Below, one piece after another: positions 60,701 through 64,000 of a stretch of 64,000 bases of DNA. Position 1 is the first letter of the stretch. Each line of letters begins with the position of its first letter. Source of the DNA: Acanthaster planci (lineage: Eukaryota); contig NW_019091356.1 in assembly GCF_001949145.1 (NCBI RefSeq), positions 4,508,934 through 4,572,933 on the forward strand, read 5' to 3'. Position numbers and translations under genes: made by a program. The notes below the pieces were generated by a model that had not been told where the DNA came from, ran no database searches, and was given only the letters and a program-made list of their open reading frames with translations.

Positions 60701-63700
60701 CTTACACTTGGTTTTATTTTTGAGGCTGAAATTGGATTAATAAATAAAATTGTGCAATCTTTGAACGAGGCTTGAAGGAGGTGGACAAAGTACTTAGAGG
60801 ATTAGCTAACAATCATAAGTAATCACATTGAGTAACGCTTTGCAGGTTAAGTATTTTGGAGAAACCGACGACAATCGTTCGTACATTTTGATCTATGTAA
60901 TAGGCTAACAAGTTAACTATTCAGAATGTGCTAATTCAAAGTTGCAATCTGTCAAATTGTGACCCTTGCTCCATGAAGTATCTAAGCATTGATGTAACAG
61001 CCGTTTCACAAGTTAGCCATCTTAATGGACATTTCGATAAAGCCGTTTTGATAAGAAGTAGGCCCCTATTAAGCGCTTGTGGACAAAACGTGTATGCTTA
61101 CAAAAAAGACTCTACGAAAGCAGCTAACTTTACAAATAAAAGGTTTTCATGGATAACACCCCCGGATGAAGGAAGACAATATACCTGTCCTTGCCCTTCG
61201 ATTGTGTTGAACAAAGCATAGGCCAAAAATCAACATACCCATTATTGCAGTGCATGTAGGAAAGCTGGAAGTACTCTGGCAGTGAGTTATTGAAATGAAG
61301 TGAACTTGCAAAACCATTGTAGGACTTGATAGCTTAACTAAGCCAATGATTCACGGTGAAAAGGCAGCGGTAACTCAAGTGAAGTGCAACAGGTGTCGAA
61401 ATTCAACTTCCGTGTTTTGGGCTTGAAATTTTGACCCATTTATTGCACCAAGTAAGATCTAAGCTTTCCCCAACAACCAGTTCAAACGTGGGCCAAGGAA
61501 TATTATTAATGATTCATTGAATCCGAGTGAGAAAGAAGCAGTTGTTAAACCACTGTGTTTCTATGATGTTGTGTCAAGTTTATTCATCACAAGTGTGGCA
61601 GGCTGAAATTACACCATGCTGAATTTACCTACAGGCTGCTTGAGCTTAAAGGACTACACGCGCATGCTCTTTTTGCCAACTTCGTTGGGTAATTTCGGCA
61701 AGGGGCTGATTCTGCAGCACTGAACTACACGATTCATTATATCAGTAGACACTAAATCCAAAATAGGTGGTTACTTTTCCGAGGTCTTTCAAAGATGGTT
61801 GGTTACTAATTGTTTGGAGCAGCATACAGAGCTTTATTCAGTATTAAAGAATATGCACACCTAGTCAGTGTGTAAGAGAAACTGAAGGATTTTTTTTTTG
61901 GACTCGTTGCTTGTCTCATCATTGTTTATACTAGTTTTTTAGTCTTCCTGATTGTCCCTCTTTCCAATCCATAACATTTTACCCTGGACTCCTAAGAGAT
62001 GCTGCCAAAGTCTCTCAACATTCAAAAGTTGGTGACTTGAAACAAAACGTTCAGGATCAAGGGACACCAGAACGCTCAAACGATTGACACGATTGGGCAT
62101 CTTTAACTATCCAACCTTGGCAAGATTTGTCTCTTAACTGTCAAAATGCACAGAGCACCGAATTGTGTTTAGTCGTGAGGGACCGGCTTCAACAAATCAA
62201 TCGAAATGTTGCGAACCAGTTTGAAAAAAATCATCGCATCAAAAGCGAGCACACTGTTATGAATGCATCGACACGCATGCATAACTGTATAACAACTTTA
62301 AAAAACATCTTTTTCGTCACCGACACAAAAGCGCTTGACACCCTTACTCCTCGGGGTGGAGGAACTATCGGAGGATTTAAAGCCTGTTGGGGTTAAATGC
62401 CTAACTTTCTGTTTTTTAACACCTGTTGATGTTACATCTACTCTCAATACTTAGCTTACATGGCAATTTGTGCGACTTCTGGTGTAGCAGAAAATCTGAC
62501 AAAATGGAAAACCAGATAAATAAATATACATACTTCATTCCACGACTCTGATGGCCATTCTTACAAACTAGTTCAAGTAATGTTAAAGATCTGTCACTTT
62601 TACGAGTTCATCAAGGAATTAGCTGATCACGAGACAATAATAGCCCTCACATTTACTACTCTAAGGTGATCTGACCTTCGTGTAATTGCAGACGACACAA
62701 TGTGTTTTTCTTTCCCCTTTATGTCCTGAAAAACAAGTTGGGTCGGGTTTGCTTTACGATCGACGAGCGAACAATATTACCACTGGGGAGGTGGGTTTCA
62801 GCGTGACGAAGCTGCTACACCTTGTTCGGTCACCTTGTTATTATTTTGGTATATAAACGAGCAAACGATGCCATGAATTGACACTTGCCCTACAGCTTGG
62901 TGACCCGCGAAGCAACCAATCCAGGGGTCTTGGTGTTTTGCTGACATCTCAAAATACAGGCCGGGGAGCGGTAAACAGCTATTGTGAGTCGGACAAAAGA
63001 TCAAAGGCGACCCAATTATTACCGGGGCTTTGCTTTCACGCTCAATTGCAGGTGTCGGGCGGGTTTAGGGGACCCTGGCGACAACCAGAAAAACACAATT
63101 TGCGTGATCTGTTATCACCATCTTTGCCCCTGATCTGTTTTTAGCCTGCAACTTCGGCCCCGCGTTGTTTCTCTATAACCTTAGCGCCACACACCTGCGT
63201 TTGCCGTAAGGCTTGATGAGGTCTCCACCAAGAAATATTGATCTTCAAATAACCATGAGTAAATATGCAGCTTGATGACTCAACACAAACCAAATTCAAG
63301 AAGGTCGATGTTTTTTGTACTTCTCTTCTTCAACGCTGTATGATGAAATCTAGAACCAACAGAAGAAACAAATGTTGAACAAGATTCTAACACCACTTTA
63401 TTTTTGGCTTGATATTTAACAAACACGCGTTACTGACCAAACAAATAAAGTACCTGTCACTGCCGAGCACGAAATTTCTCTGAAAAGTTTGAGTCACTGA
63501 ACAAATCCATCCGGGGTATTAATCTTTTGCCATTAAACGGGCATAACCTTGAAAATACTGAGACAAAATTAGGGCATGGATATGAAATGAAATATAAATT
63601 ACAAAATAATTCTAACAAAATACACAAATACTGCGTGTCAATAACTTGAGCTTGTATATTTACATGACAAAACCAAACTATTTTAATCTCGTGAAATATA

Positions 63701-64000
63701 CTTTTAAATCTTACCTCTTGTGGTTAAAAATATACTAGGAAACAAATCTGCCCATCTTCCCGTGGATGAACATTTTAAAGAAATCTTGGCCTTACACTTG
63801 ACTGGAACATGTTGAAGACTTACTTAATGACGCACAAGAGTACAGTTATTTTACCGATGGACGCGTAGTTTTCTCTCTTTTTTTAAAGATTATTTTAAGA
63901 AGCTCTGAAGGAGCGTAGTTATCTCATTTATCTCAGCATAACATCACGCATTGCTAGAAACAGGCCGTCGGTTGTAAGGGCACTCAAAGAAATTCCAACG

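Noticed and set aside
63205..63245. Hammerhead-like TGATGA...GAAA
   Set aside because: The core C is missing, there are extra bases before GAAA, and helices I and III cannot be formed.
1..64000. Prokaryotic features such as CRISPR arrays, operons or defence systems, and autonomous transposon or reverse-transcriptase ORFs
   Set aside because: The sequence is intron-rich animal DNA. The tandem repeats lack repeat-spacer structure, and no transposase or RT motifs were seen in the ORF track.

Overview
Eukaryotic (animal) genomic DNA, roughly 40% GC by eye, with spliced GT-AG genes. It is probably from a marine invertebrate deuterostome, an inference from gene content, SINE type and over-represented TAGGCCTA/TACATGTA words. 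Five complete protein-coding genes can be assembled exon by exon with consistent reading frames: (1) a BMI1/PCGF2/Psc-family Polycomb RING finger gene (+, 6701-12436, 7 coding exons, 307 aa); (2) a SEC23IP/DDHD2-family intracellular phospholipase A1 (-, 27402-18373, 16 exons, 995 aa); (3) MOB4/phocein (+, 27550-30914, 7 exons, 232 aa), head-to-head with the phospholipase gene; (4) a White-like ABCG half-transporter (+, 32585-43559, 19 exons, 698 aa); (5) a myostatin/GDF11-type TGF-beta ligand (+, 49797-58741, 3 exons, 449 aa). The window also holds a tRNA-derived SINE with a duplicated head, several MITEs, microsatellites, tandem duplications and one 147-nt assembly gap. The most interesting unexplained signal is a GC-rich, apparently minus-strand multi-helix element at about 15.64-15.88 kb. 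It sits inside what looks like an intron of an unannotated spliced non-coding transcript between the PCGF and DDHD genes. No database search or folding computation was possible; all calls come from manual reading.
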